Below are positions 41,199-51,042 of a DNA stretch of 64,000 nucleotides, in pieces. The notes under the pieces are model-generated. The model was not told where the DNA came from. It worked only from the letters and a program-made list of their open reading frames with translations, and ran no database searches. The stretch is from Alphaproteobacteria bacterium (GTDB taxonomy: Bacteria; Pseudomonadota; Alphaproteobacteria; UBA11136): assembly GCA_016776635.1 (NCBI GenBank), contig JADHSZ010000005.1:5857-69856 (forward strand). Reading direction: 5' to 3'. The position numbers were made by a program, and so were the translations under genes. Each line of letters begins with the position of its first letter. The first letter of the stretch is position 1.

Positions 41199-41828
41199 AT
41201 GAAGACGCTGACTCCGGAAATCCTTCTGCGTGCCTATGCCGCCGGTATTTTTCCCATGTCGGAGGGCCGCGACGATCCGGAACTGTTCTGGGTCGACCCC
41301 GAAAACCGTGGAATCATCCCCCTCGACGGCTTTCACGTTCCCCGCCGCCTGCAACGCCGCCTGCGCAACAATCCTTTCGAGATCAGGTGTGACACCGCCT
41401 TCGCCCAGGTCATGGAAAGCTGCGCGGAGGAAGCGGAAGACCGCGAGAGCACCTGGATCAACCAGATCATTATCGACCTCTATACCACCCTGCACGGCAT
41501 GGGGCGCGCCCACAGCGTGGAGTGCTGGGAGGGGGAAACTCTGGTGGGAGGGCTTTACGGCATCGCCCTGGACGGCGTCTTTTTCGGAGAGAGCATGTTT
41601 TCCCGCGCCACCGACGCCAGCAAGGTGGTGCTGGTGCATCTGGCGGCGCGCCTGCGCCAGGGCGGCTTCACCCTGCTCGACGTCCAGTTCGTCACCGAAC
41701 ACTTAAAACAGTTCGGGGCCATAGAAGTGCCGCGTAACGAGTATCACCTGCTTCTGAGCGAAGCGCTGGAGGTGAATGCCAAATTCCCGGTGCAACTGAC
41801 GGCGGGCGTGGAATCGCTGTGGGAATGA
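41199..41828 (+). CDS. aat: Leucyl/phenylalanyl-tRNA--protein transferase
   Basis: [31 protein letters not shown]. Conserved accC-aat arrangement. Confidence 0.85.
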   Translation: MKTLTPEILLRAYAAGIFPMSEGRDDPELFWVDPENRGIIPLDGFHVPRRLQRRLRNNPFEIRCDTAFAQVMESCAEEAEDRESTWINQIIIDLYTTLHGMGRAHSVECWEGETLVGGLYGIALDGVFFGESMFSRATDASKVVLVHLAARLRQGGFTLLDVQFVTEHLKQFGAIEVPRNEYHLLLSEALEVNAKFPVQLTAGVESLWE

Positions 41829-41878
41829 CTCTTTACGGAAGTGATTCTTTATGGAAGTGATTCTGGGGGGGGGAATGA

Positions 41879-42340
41879 TTACCGGGGCAGCCGCATTTTC
41901 GGACCGATGCGCGACAGACAGTCGATGACCCAGATATCGTAAACCGGGTGTTCCAGCGCCGAAAGCGCGGGGCTGGAGGCGAACATCCAGCCTTGGAACA
42001 GGGTCTCCGGCGCCTCGCCGGGCTTGATATCGCGAATCTGGAGAAAGGCGGCGCTTTCGGGGGGTTCCTCCGGCGGCCGCTTGCGGCAGGTACGGGCGAC
42101 AATTTCCAGGGTGCCGAAGTGAACCGTTCTGTTGGTGGGCGCGCGGAAGGTGGAAATACGCGCCGTCACCTTGTCGAGACCCTGTAACAGAGCCACGTCG
42201 CCCACCATATCCGCCGCCAGGGACGGAGAGGAAACCCAGAAGCCCGCCACCACCGCAAGCATCCTGGCCCCGGCCAGGGTATGAGCCCCGGCCCCGGCCA
42301 GGGTATGAGCCAAGGCGCGGCCGCGCCGTTTAACGGCCAA
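41879..42340 (-). CDS. DUF2155-family periplasmic protein
   Basis: C-terminal 125 aa (DMVGDVALLQGLDKVTARISTF...VYDIWVIDC) matches the DUF2155 family usually found next to NDUFA12-like genes. Start is uncertain. A TTG at 42340 gives a good signal peptide with an AXA site (SLA-AD). ATG 42262 is the alternative. The 248-aa ORF-track product is rejected. Confidence 0.45.
   Translation of the reverse strand: MAVKRRGRALAHTLAGAGAHTLAGARMLAVVAGFWVSSPSLAADMVGDVALLQGLDKVTARISTFRAPTNRTVHFGTLEIVARTCRKRPPEEPPESAAFLQIRDIKPGEAPETLFQGWMFASSPALSALEHPVYDIWVIDCLSRIGPKMRLPR
42266..42311. repeat. 2 x 22-bp tandem duplication (ggccccggccagggtatgagcc) at or over the 5' end of the DUF2155 gene
   Basis: Copies at 42266-42287 and 42290-42311. 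If the gene starts at the TTG, the duplication adds HTLAGAGA to the signal-peptide h-region. Confidence 0.7.
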
Positions 42341-42365
42341 GCTAACGACCGGAACGCGGAATGGG

Positions 42366-42632
42366 TTATTTTTTGTGATAGGGGTTTTCCAGCCGTTCGA
42401 CAAGTTCATTGATGACCTGTCTGAACTGGGCCTCGTCACAACCCATGAGGATCGCATCCTCCAGCGCGTCCTGGCACATCTGGCGGATTTCCTCGAGATT
42501 CTGATTGAGCACCTTGATCTTCTCGAGACAGGACACGGAATCGCCTTCGGGCGTACGCCAGACCTTCGCCCCCCGGGGGTCGGTCCCCGGAATAACGCCA
42601 CGCCCCGTCGTTTTCCTGTCCCCATCTGTCAT
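42366..42632 (-). CDS. Hypothetical small protein (about 88 aa)
   Basis: ORF in a different frame from the spurious extension of the DUF2155 ORF. ATG 42632 has AGGT 9 nt upstream. C-terminal half is helical-looking (LEKIKVLNQNLEEIRQMCQDALEDAILMGCDEAQFRQVINELVERLENP). No family recognised. Confidence 0.35.
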   Translation of the reverse strand: MTDGDRKTTGRGVIPGTDPRGAKVWRTPEGDSVSCLEKIKVLNQNLEEIRQMCQDALEDAILMGCDEAQFRQVINELVERLENPYHKK

Positions 42633-42746
42633 GGCCGCATTACCTGCAGTACCCAAAGGAGTGGAAGATGGTCACGATGCGGCAAGAACGTGGCCGCAAT
42701 ATGGCTGGCGGAAAGCGGCGGCGGCATATCAGCCCCCATTTAAGGG

Positions 42747-43208
42747 CTAGTCGTCCTTATCGTCACCGCCCGAGGCGAGGAAAATGATGTCGCCCACCTG
42801 ATCCTCCAGCGAGCGGAAGTCCTTGGTTTTGGTGATGGCGCCGCCATTAGCTATATAGGTCTTTGCGCTGCCCGGTTCGAGACGCACGTATTTGCCGCCG
42901 AGAATGCCTTCGCTGCCGATGGCGGCAACGGTGTCGGCGGGCAGTTTGATGCCGCCCTCGATGGACATGGTGACCACGGCGTCGAAGGTATCGGTGTCGA
43001 GTTTCTCGTCGGTGACGGCCCCCACCTTGATGCCGTTGAGGCGCACGTCACTGCCTTCTTGCAGCCCCCCGATCTTGAAGAAGATGGCCGTGACCGTATA
43101 GCCCTCCGCCACCTTGACCTGGGCCGTATTGTAGACAAAGACGACGAAAAAACCCGCCACCAGAAGAACCACGGTACCCATCACCGCCTCGACTATGTTT
43201 CTGTGCAT
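42747..43208 (-). CDS. MlaD-like MCE-domain protein (short form, 153 aa)
   Basis: N-terminal transmembrane helix (AVMGTVVLLVAGFFVVFV) plus MCE domain (GYTVTAIFFKIGGLQEGSDVRLNGIKVGAV). ATG 43208 has AAGGAG. The ORF-track upstream extension is rejected. Confidence 0.7.
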   Translation of the reverse strand: MHRNIVEAVMGTVVLLVAGFFVVFVYNTAQVKVAEGYTVTAIFFKIGGLQEGSDVRLNGIKVGAVTDEKLDTDTFDAVVTMSIEGGIKLPADTVAAIGSEGILGGKYVRLEPGSAKTYIANGGAITKTKDFRSLEDQVGDIIFLASGGDDKDD

Positions 43209-43275
43209 CCCTGCTCCTTCGTCTTTGTCATGGGGTGCCCGGTGAATCCGATAACAAGAGGGCGCCCTGTTCCCG

Positions 43276-43749
43276 TTATTTCTTCTCGTCCCGTTTTTTG
43301 GCCACTTTTTCGCCCTGGGCGATGATCTGTTCCAGAAGATCGGCCACCACCAGGGAATCCTGGGTGACGCGAATGGCGCCGCCGGAGGGAATGAACTCTT
43401 CGGCGCCGCCGGGTTCGAGATTGATGTATTTGGTGCCGAACAGGCCGTCGGTCTGGACCGCGGCCGAGGTGTCGGTGGGCAATCGCACATGATCGGCGAT
43501 CTGGAGGGTGAGAACGGCGCGGTAATGCTCGCTGAGCTTCTCGCCCACCACGCTGCCCACCTCGATTCCGCCGAGGCGCACCTCGGCGCCCCCGGGAAGC
43601 CCGTCAATTTTGCCGAAAGCCGCGCTCACTCGATAACCGGCCTCGGACTGGGTGTGAATGTCCTGAAGGCTGGAGACAAACCCCACGAACAGAGCGAACG
43701 CCACCACCACGCCCGCGCCCACCAGCTGTTCCTTGGTCTCTTCGGTCAT
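43276..43749 (-). CDS. MlaD-like MCE-domain protein, tandem paralogue (157 aa)
   Basis: Same architecture (GAGVVVAFALFVGFV; GYRVSAAFGKIDGLPGGAEVRLGGIEVGSV). ATG at 43749. Confidence 0.7.
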   Translation of the reverse strand: MTEETKEQLVGAGVVVAFALFVGFVSSLQDIHTQSEAGYRVSAAFGKIDGLPGGAEVRLGGIEVGSVVGEKLSEHYRAVLTLQIADHVRLPTDTSAAVQTDGLFGTKYINLEPGGAEEFIPSGGAIRVTQDSLVVADLLEQIIAQGEKVAKKRDEKK

Positions 43750-43751
43750 GA

Positions 43752-43828
43752 TGCCCAAGCGCCCCGGCGCGGAAAATATGACCCCAACGCGCCCCGGCGC
43801 GGAAAACATAAGGGCAGCGGATAGGGGT
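43752..43828. repeat. 2 x ~29-bp direct repeat (cgcgccccggcgcggaaaaYatRa) between the NDUFA12-like and mlaD-like genes
   Basis: caagcgccccggcgcggaaaatatgacccc / caacgcgccccggcgcggaaaacataaggg. Each copy contains the near-palindrome CGCGCCCCGGCGCG. Confidence 0.6.
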
Positions 43829-44197
43829 TCATTGCGGCCTCCACGGTTCGTAGTCGCCGGTGGCGGGTGCGCGCTTGCCACCGCCCAGCACATGGCCGGG
43901 AGGATAATAGGCCTCGCGGGTTCCGGTGAGATTGGGCTGATGCGGTTTACGCCATTGCGGCCGGGGACGCGGCATTTCCACCGGCGGGGTATCGCTGGTG
44001 TGGTGGAGCCATTCATGCCATTCCGGCGGCACACGGCTGGCCTCTCTCTCGCCTTCATACATGACCCAGCGCTGTTCGCGGCCGTTATTGGCCCGGCGCC
44101 GGGCGCCGCCGCGACGGCGATAATAGCGGTTCCCGGCCTCGTCACGGCCGACCCGCTCACCGAAAATCCAGGTGTACAGAATGGTGCCGGTAATCAT
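43829..44197 (-). CDS. NDUFA12-like protein (homologue of the complex I 17.2-kDa subunit family)
   Basis: MITGTILYTWIFGERVGRDEAGNRYY...PPEWHEWLHHTSDTPP...YEPWRP. A tandem 2 x 15-bp repeat (gaatcacgctgaaaa) lies immediately upstream of the ATG at 44197. Confidence 0.7.
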   Translation of the reverse strand: MITGTILYTWIFGERVGRDEAGNRYYRRRGGARRRANNGREQRWVMYEGEREASRVPPEWHEWLHHTSDTPPVEMPRPRPQWRKPHQPNLTGTREAYYPPGHVLGGGKRAPATGDYEPWRPQ

Positions 44198-44678
44198 AGA
44201 ATCACGCTGAAAAGAATCACGCTGAAAAACCCGTTCTATCCCGTTCCATATGGTGCGGCGGGAGCCCAGAGAGGAGGCATTTGCACCGCGAATTTCCCAC
44301 AATGGGAATATGACACCTGCTCTGGCCCGCGTCCAGCCCCGCTGCCACGGAGAAAAGCCAGAGAAAAAGCGGAGAAGAGGCGGGGGAAGGCATGAGCGAC
44401 CGCGTGGGGCAAAAGACCCATTTTTACCTCATATAGTTAATTTTTTCCCCTTAAACACAAAATCTTGTTGCCTTGGCCCATCCCTTTGTGGATAGATGTT
44501 GTGGGGTAATTATATCCGTCCACTACATATTGAGGCGGTGGTTTTTCCCACGGGGAGGGGGACGGATCCTTTTGTGTCTTTGACGAATTTTCGATCTGGC
44601 ACCGGGTTCTTCCCAAACGGCCGCATTCCAGGGATGGCCGAGTAAGGAAACGATTAAGAGTTTTGGAAGGAGGGGGGA

Positions 44679-47600
44679 ATGAGGGTTACGCGGCGATTCA
44701 CTCAGGAGGGGCGTTCTGCCTATGAAGGCGTTACGTTCAAGACCACATCGAGTGATATTCGCAATCCTGACGGCTCAATCGTCTTCGAGCTCGATGAACT
44801 CGAGGTTCCCGCCGATTGGTCGCAGGTGGCCTGTGACGTTCTCGCCCAGAAGTATTTCCGTAAGGCCGGCGTGCCAGAGAACAGGGTTCCGGTTGAGGAA
44901 AACACCGTTCCCTCATGGCTGTGGCGGCACGAGGCAGCCCCGAAAAGTCCCTGCGGCGGCGAGACCAGCGCCAAACGGGTATTCGACCGCATGTGCGGCA
45001 CCTGGACCTATTGGGGCTGGAAAGGCGGTTATTTCGACAGCGAAGACGACGCCCGCGCCTATTACGACGAAATGCGTTACATGCTGTGCCGTCAGATGGG
45101 TGCGCCCAATTCGCCGCAATGGTTCAATACCGGCCTGCATTGGGCCTATGGCATCGACGGCCCGGCCCAGGGACACCACTATGTGGACTTCCGCAGCGGC
45201 GAACTGACCGAGTCCCAATCGGCTTACGAACACCCCCAGCCCCACGCCTGTTTCATCCAGAGCGTCAACGATGATCTGGTCAATGAAGGCGGGATCATGG
45301 ATTTGTGGACGCGCGAGGCGCGCCTGTTCAAATACGGATCGGGAACCGGCAGCAATTTTTCATCCCTGCGCGGCGGCGACGAATCTCTTTCGGGCGGCGG
45401 CAAATCATCCGGCCTCATGAGCTTTCTCAAGATCGGCGACCGCGCCGCCGGCGCCATTAAGTCCGGCGGCACCACGCGGCGCGCGGCGAAGATGGTCTGT
45501 GTAGACATTGACCATCCCGATATCGAGGAATTCATCAACTGGAAGACCGTGGAAGAACAGAAGGTGGCGGCGCTGGTCACCGGGTCCAAGACCATCAACC
45601 TTCATCTCAACGCCATTCTTAAGGCCTGTCACACCGGGCCCATGGACAGCGACGAGGATGCCGAGGGCCGTTTTGACGTCAAACGCAACCCGGCGCTGAA
45701 GAAAGCGGTTTCAGGCGCGCGCAAGGCCCTGGTCCCGGAAAACTATATCCAGCGGATCATCCAGTTCGCCTCCCAGGGATTCACCGAAATCGACTTCCGT
45801 ACCTATGACACCGACTGGGATTCCGACGCTTATCTCACCGTATCCGGCCAGAACGCCAATAATTCCATCCGCGTCACCGACGAGTTCCTCGAAGCCGTGG
45901 AAACGGACGCGGACTGGACCCTGACCCGGCGTACCGATGGCGAAGCGCACCGGACCCTTCGCGCCCGCGACCTGTGGGAACAAATCGGCCATGCCGCCTG
46001 GTCCTGCGCCGATCCCGGATTACAGTTCGACACCACCATAAACGACTGGCACACCTGCCCGGAATCCGGCCGCATCAATGCCTCGAACCCGTGTTCGGAA
46101 TACATGTTCCTGGACGATACGGCCTGTAACCTGGCGTCACTGAATTTACTAACGTTCCGCCGCGAGGACGGATCCTTCGACACAGAAGGATTCGAGCACG
46201 CAACCCGGCTGTGGACCATCACGTTGGAAATCTCGGTCCTGATGGCACAGTTCCCCTCGCGGCGGATCGCCCAACTCTCCTTCGATTACCGGACCTTAGG
46301 TCTGGGGTTTGCCAATATCGGAGGGCTGTTGATGGCCTCGGGCTTCTCTTATGACAGCGACGAGGGCCGCGCCACCTGCGCCGCCATCAGTGCGCTCATG
46401 ACCGGAGTCGCCTATGAAACCTCCGCCGAAATCGCCGGCGAAATGGGTGCCTTTCCCAGCCATGACGAAAACCGCGACTCCATGCTGCGGGTGGTCAACA
46501 ACCACCGCATGGCCGCCCACGGCCTCGCCGACGGGTATGACGGACTGTCGATTATTCCGGTGCCCTTGCGCGCCGAGGACTGTCCCTTCGAGGGACTGGC
46601 CAGGGCGGCAGCCGAATCCTGGGACCGCGCCAGCAGCGAGGGCGAGGCCAATGGCTTCCGCAACGCCCAGGTTACGGTGGTGGCACCCACCGGGACCATC
46701 GGTCTGGTCATGGATTGTGACACCACCGGAATCGAGCCCGATTTCGCCATCGTCAAGTTCAAGAAACTGGCCGGCGGTGGACATTTCAGAATCATCAACC
46801 GCACCGTGGAAACGGCGCTGGGCACCCTGGGCTATTCCTCCGACCAGATACGCGACATCAGCGAATACGCCGTCGGCCGCGGCACCCTGTACCAGGCCCC
46901 GGGAATCGGTTTCGACGCGCTGCGCGAAAAGGGCTTCACCGACACGGCCATCGAGGCTCTTGAGGCGGCGCTCGCCAATGCCTTCGACATCAAGTTCGCT
47001 TTTAACAAATGGACTCTGGGCGAGACCTTCTGCACCGAGGCTCTCGGGCTTTCCAAAGAGGCGTTGGATGATCCCGCCTTCGACATGCTGCGCGCACTGG
47101 ATTTTTCGCGCGAGGACATCGAAGCCGCCAACGCCTTTTGCTGTGGCGCCATGACGGTGGAAGGCGCGCCCCACCTCAAGGACGAGCATCTTCCCGTATT
47201 CGACTGCGCCAATCCCTGTGGGCGGATGGGTAAGCGTTTCCTGTCCGTGGAGAGCCATATCCGCATGATGGCGGCCTCCCAGCCGTTTATCACCGGGGCC
47301 ATTTCAAAGACCATCAACATGCCGGGCAGCGCCGCCGTGGAGGAGTGCAAGGATGCCTATATGCTGTCCTGGAAGCTGGGACTGAAGGCCAACGCCCTGT
47401 ACCGCGACGGCTCCAAGCTGTCCCAGCCCTTAAGCTCCTCGGTTGAGGACAGCGAAACCGACGACGCCAGGGAGGCCGACAGCATCGCCGCGATGGCTGC
47501 CGAGGCTGCCCCACGTATCGTCGAGCGGGTGGTGGAAAAGATCGCCGCCAACCACCAGGAACGGGCGCGCCTGCCGGGACGGCGCAAGGGCTATACCCAG

Positions 47601-48296
47601 AAAGCCATCGTCGGCGGCCACAAGGTATATCTGCGCACCGGCGAATACGAGGACGGCAATCTCGGTGAAATCTTCATCGACATGCACAAGGAAGGTGCGG
47701 CGTTCCGCAGTCTCATGAACAATTTCGCCATCGCCATTTCCATCGGCCTGCAGTACGGGGTGCCGCTGGAGGAATACGTTGATTCCTTCACCTTCACCCG
47801 TTTCGAGCCCTCGGGCATGGTGGAAGGCAACGAGGTCATCAAGATGGCGACCTCGGTCCTGGACTATATTTTCCGCGAACTTGCGGTTTCCTATCTCGGA
47901 CGCAACGATCTTGGCCATGCCGAACCGGAAGAGTATTTCGACAGTATCGGCGGCGGCACCGCCGAAGGTATGCCCGTCGGATCGGAAGACGTGGTGCGCC
48001 GCGTCGCCAGCACCGGCTATATGCGAAACAACCTTTATGTTCTCAACCAGAATGAAAGCGGACGCGCGGAAACCGTTGCATCCGCCACAGCCCTGACCGG
48101 CGTCGGCACCGCCGAAGCTGTCGCTGTCAGTGCCGTAATCACCGAGCAAGTCGACTCCACCCACAATCGCGTCATTGAGGCGCGGATGCAGGGCTATGAA
48201 GGCGACGCGTGCGGAGATTGCGGTAACTTCACGCTGGTCCGCAATGGCACATGCCTTAAATGCGTGACCTGCGGTTCGACGAGCGGGTGCTCCTAA
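44679..48296 (+). CDS. nrdJ: Adenosylcobalamin-dependent ribonucleoside-diphosphate reductase (class II, long form)
   Basis: 1205 aa. Conserved class II RNR core ([21 protein letters not shown], thiyl Cys loop), C-terminal CxxC...CxxC redox tail (CGDCGNF...CLKCVTCGS). Confidence 0.9.
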   Translation: MRVTRRFTQEGRSAYEGVTFKTTSSDIRNPDGSIVFELDELEVPADWSQVACDVLAQKYFRKAGVPENRVPVEENTVPSWLWRHEAAPKSPCGGETSAKRVFDRMCGTWTYWGWKGGYFDSEDDARAYYDEMRYMLCRQMGAPNSPQWFNTGLHWAYGIDGPAQGHHYVDFRSGELTESQSAYEHPQPHACFIQSVNDDLVNEGGIMDLWTREARLFKYGSGTGSNFSSLRGGDESLSGGGKSSGLMSFLKIGDRAAGAIKSGGTTRRAAKMVCVDIDHPDIEEFINWKTVEEQKVAALVTGSKTINLHLNAILKACHTGPMDSDEDAEGRFDVKRNPALKKAVSGARKALVPENYIQRIIQFASQGFTEIDFRTYDTDWDSDAYLTVSGQNANNSIRVTDEFLEAVETDADWTLTRRTDGEAHRTLRARDLWEQIGHAAWSCADPGLQFDTTINDWHTCPESGRINASNPCSEYMFLDDTACNLASLNLLTFRREDGSFDTEGFEHATRLWTITLEISVLMAQFPSRRIAQLSFDYRTLGLGFANIGGLLMASGFSYDSDEGRATCAAISALMTGVAYETSAEIAGEMGAFPSHDENRDSMLRVVNNHRMAAHGLADGYDGLSIIPVPLRAEDCPFEGLARAAAESWDRASSEGEANGFRNAQVTVVAPTGTIGLVMDCDTTGIEPDFAIVKFKKLAGGGHFRIINRTVETALGTLGYSSDQIRDISEYAVGRGTLYQAPGIGFDALREKGFTDTAIEALEAALANAFDIKFAFNKWTLGETFCTEALGLSKEALDDPAFDMLRALDFSREDIEAANAFCCGAMTVEGAPHLKDEHLPVFDCANPCGRMGKRFLSVESHIRMMAASQPFITGAISKTINMPGSAAVEECKDAYMLSWKLGLKANALYRDGSKLSQPLSSSVEDSETDDAREADSIAAMAAEAAPRIVERVVEKIAANHQERARLPGRRKGYTQKAIVGGHKVYLRTGEYEDGNLGEIFIDMHKEGAAFRSLMNNFAIAISIGLQYGVPLEEYVDSFTFTRFEPSGMVEGNEVIKMATSVLDYIFRELAVSYLGRNDLGHAEPEEYFDSIGGGTAEGMPVGSEDVVRRVASTGYMRNNLYVLNQNESGRAETVASATALTGVGTAEAVAVSAVITEQVDSTHNRVIEARMQGYEGDACGDCGNFTLVRNGTCLKCVTCGSTSGCS

Positions 48297-48316
48297 GCCC
48301 CGCTTTGCATTGTCCT

Positions 48317-48350
48317 CCCTAAACTTCGGGGGTGCGGCGGCGGAGCCCCC
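48317..48350 (+). terminator. Rho-independent terminator of nrdJ
   Basis: cgggggtgcggcggcggagcccccg hairpin followed by TTTTTTT. Confidence 0.7.
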
Positions 48351-48431
48351 CGGTTTTTTTCTTGTGACAAAGGGAGGTGTACTTAACGGGGTGTGATTAA
48401 GGGAAGGGGAGAAAAAAGAGGGGGGAAGAAA

Positions 48432-48776
48432 ATGTGGAGAGGAGTCTACCACCTGACGGTTACCGGGGATGCCGCCGATGGGCGCAGTCTTCTGGCGTTG
48501 GATAAGGGCCAGGTCAAGAGCCTGGACCATCATGATTTTGTCTGTACCGGCACCTATGCCCACGACCCCGCCAGCGGCGGACTCGACCTCGATCTGATCC
48601 TTGTGGTTCCGGTCTTTCCGCCCGAACCCTGTGATCTTATGGAGGACGGCCTGCCGCGGGGGTTAAGCCATATGCTGAGCCTGGAAAGCCGGCTTTCGGC
48701 CAAGGAGGAAGGCGGCAGCACCAACGTCAGGACCGATCTCGGAACCCTGACCCTGAGTCTCGAAAAAGCCGCCTGA
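48432..48776 (+). CDS. Hypothetical protein (114 aa)
   Basis: ATG 48432 is preceded by a G-rich Shine-Dalgarno (gaggggggaagaaa). No recognisable domain. Confidence 0.35.
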   Translation: MWRGVYHLTVTGDAADGRSLLALDKGQVKSLDHHDFVCTGTYAHDPASGGLDLDLILVVPVFPPEPCDLMEDGLPRGLSHMLSLESRLSAKEEGGSTNVRTDLGTLTLSLEKAA

Positions 48777-48827
48777 GGGCCGCACGAGACCTATAGAGAT
48801 TCGTAGAGGCCAGTGAGACCGCCTGTC

Positions 48828-50834
48828 CTAGAGATAGGGCGTGATGTCCACCTCGTCGAGCTGGGAGGGGTGGAGGAACTGTTCGGCATAGACCTTGTAG
48901 ACGCCGCTTTTCAGGAACAGGCGGAAGAGCTCGGGATCGATGTGCTGGTCCTTGTCCATGAAACCCATGATCTTGATCGCCTCGCTCAGCGTCTTGGCCT
49001 TTTTGTAGGGGCGGTCGCGGGCGGTCAGCGCCTCGAAGATATCGGCGATGGCCATCATACGCGCCGGAAGCGACATGTCTTCACGGCCGAGCTTCTTAGG
49101 ATAGCCCGTGCCCACCATGGTCTCGTGATGGGCGCCGGCGTATTCGGGCACCCGTTTCATATGCCTGGGAAACGGCAGCCGGTTGAGCATGCGGATGGTC
49201 TGGACGATGTGATCGTTGATCTTGTAGCGGTCCTCGTCGGTGAGCGTGCCCCGGGAAATGCATAAATTGTAGATCTCGCCGAGATTGAACTTCTGAGCGG
49301 GCACCTCCATGCGGAAACCTTCATCCTCGGAAGCCGGGACATCGTCCCCGCCCCAGGGGATGATGTGATCGGAGCGGTCGGCGAGGAGAGTTTCGGCCAC
49401 AGGTAACGCCTCGTGGGGAATGTCCGCAAGACGCCGTTCTTCCTCCTGGGAAAGGCCGAGACGGTTATCGAGGGTGCGCGTCCAGCCACGGGCTCCGACC
49501 TCCTTGATGCGCGCCACCTTGTCCTCGTCGAGAAACTCCCCGCCCACATTGCATTCGGCGATGAAAGCGTAATCCTCATCGAGGGCGGCGATTTCCTTCT
49601 TGAGCTGAGATTCGAGCTTTTTCTTATCTTCTTTTCCCGCGAGCTGGGCCTTGAGACAGGCAATTTCCGCATCCCGTTTGAGAACCTCGAAACGGGTGCG
49701 GATTTCATGCATGCGGTTATAGATGGTTTCCAGCTTGGTGGCCTTGTCCACCACGTATTCGGGCGTGGTTACCTTGCCGCAGTCATGGAGCCAGGCCGCG
49801 ATATGCAGCTCGTAGAGTTCCTCTTCGTTGGGGTCGAAATCCTTGAACGAGGCTTCGTCGGAATCCCGCGCGGCTTCGGCCATCATCAGCGTCAGCTCCG
49901 GCACGCGCTGGCAGTGGCCGCCGGTATAAGGCGACTTGGCGTCAATGGCCGCCGCCATGAGCTCGATGAAGGATTCGAGAAGTTTTTTCTGGGCCTCGAT
50001 CAGCTGTTGGTTATCTAGAGCCACGGCGGCCTGGGAAGTAAGAGCCTGGATCAGGGGCTCCACCTCGTCGTCGAAGGCGATGGTGACGCCCTCGGCATCC
50101 TTGGCGTTAATCAGCTGAAGGACACCGATGACCTCGCCGCTGTAGTTCTTTAAGGGAACCGTGAGGAAGGATTTGGACCGGTAGCCGGTGCCTTCGTCGA
50201 ATTTCCGCGTGCCCGAAAAGTCGAATTCTTTTTCCTCATAGGCGTCGATGATATTACTGATCTCCCCGGTCAGCGCCACATGGGTCGCCACATTGGCGTG
50301 GTTGGGCTCGCCGCTTTCCTCGTCATAGAGAGCCAGCGGCGGAAAGGAAATTTTCTTCTCCGAGGTGCCGCCCATGGCGATGTTGAGGGAATCGTTGCGG
50401 ATGATGGCGAATTCCAGCCGGTCGCCCATGATGCGCCTGTGTTCCAGGTCGCGGCGGTCGTCGCCGCCACGCCTGTCATCGGGCACGCGCCTCTCCTCGG
50501 CCTGGCGCCTGTTTTCCTCGCTGCGTCTTTCCTCTTCCACGCGGCGGACGCTCTCGAGGCGGCGTTCATCGCCGATGCGCCGGCTGGCGTCCATTCTGCG
50601 GAGTTTGTGGCGCCGGGTGTCGTCAGTGTCACCCGCTTCCTCATGCCGGCGTTCCTCCTTTTGCCGCAGATACAAGGTTCCGCCGTCGGCATTGGCCAGA
50701 TCCTTGGCCTCGAGCAGGATTTTCTCCATCAGACGGTCGAAATTGGTCTCCGCCGAAAGGGCGATGCCGATCTCGATCAGCCGGGCGGCACGGTTTTGCC
50801 CCCCCTTGCCGGAAGTGAACTGTTTCTTGGGCAT
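48828..50834 (-). CDS. HD-GYP domain c-di-GMP phosphodiesterase with N-terminal GAF domain carrying a large charged insert
   Basis: HD-GYP signatures HDCGK, HHETMVGTGYPKKL. The N-terminal GAF-like domain is interrupted by an ~80-aa Arg/Glu/Asp-rich periodic insert (ERRLESVRRVEEERRSEENRRQAEERRVPDDRRGGDDRRDLEHRR). Confidence 0.8.
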   Translation of the reverse strand: MPKKQFTSGKGGQNRAARLIEIGIALSAETNFDRLMEKILLEAKDLANADGGTLYLRQKEERRHEEAGDTDDTRRHKLRRMDASRRIGDERRLESVRRVEEERRSEENRRQAEERRVPDDRRGGDDRRDLEHRRIMGDRLEFAIIRNDSLNIAMGGTSEKKISFPPLALYDEESGEPNHANVATHVALTGEISNIIDAYEEKEFDFSGTRKFDEGTGYRSKSFLTVPLKNYSGEVIGVLQLINAKDAEGVTIAFDDEVEPLIQALTSQAAVALDNQQLIEAQKKLLESFIELMAAAIDAKSPYTGGHCQRVPELTLMMAEAARDSDEASFKDFDPNEEELYELHIAAWLHDCGKVTTPEYVVDKATKLETIYNRMHEIRTRFEVLKRDAEIACLKAQLAGKEDKKKLESQLKKEIAALDEDYAFIAECNVGGEFLDEDKVARIKEVGARGWTRTLDNRLGLSQEEERRLADIPHEALPVAETLLADRSDHIIPWGGDDVPASEDEGFRMEVPAQKFNLGEIYNLCISRGTLTDEDRYKINDHIVQTIRMLNRLPFPRHMKRVPEYAGAHHETMVGTGYPKKLGREDMSLPARMMAIADIFEALTARDRPYKKAKTLSEAIKIMGFMDKDQHIDPELFRLFLKSGVYKVYAEQFLHPSQLDEVDITPYL

Positions 50835-51008
50835 GACTCCTCCCCAGGTGTCCCGCCATGAGCGCCGAATAAAGCGCTACGAGGCCTTTAGATTGGTTCT
50901 ATGGTTAAAAAGACTATAACGATTTTTCCCGCCACGGGAAGTACGGGCTGGAATTACCGCCACCGTGGGGTACCGGAGGAAACCGAGGGAGCGGAAGAAA
51001 TCCCAAAA

Positions 51009-51042
51009 TTTTCTACAGAGTTTTCTAGAGGATTTTCTAGAG
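51009..51042. repeat. 3 x TTTTCTAGAG-like tandem repeat overlapping the ytoQ stop codon
   Basis: ttttctacagag / ttttctagag / gattttctagag, with TCTAGA palindromes. Confidence 0.6.

Noticed and set aside
41879-42625. Single 248-aa protein
   Set aside because: N-terminal 120 aa is an Arg-rich out-of-frame overlap with ORF 42366-42632. Only the C-terminal ~125-150 aa looks like DUF2155.
44400-44678. Cobalamin riboswitch upstream of nrdJ
   Set aside because: No B12-box (consensus around AGYCMGGAAGGC...GCCACTG) is visible. nrdJ uses B12 as a cofactor but is not normally riboswitch-controlled.
47430-48563. 377-aa minus-strand ORF spanning the nrdJ 3' end and the downstream intergenic region
   Set aside because: Antisense to nrdJ. 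Crosses the nrdJ terminator hairpin.
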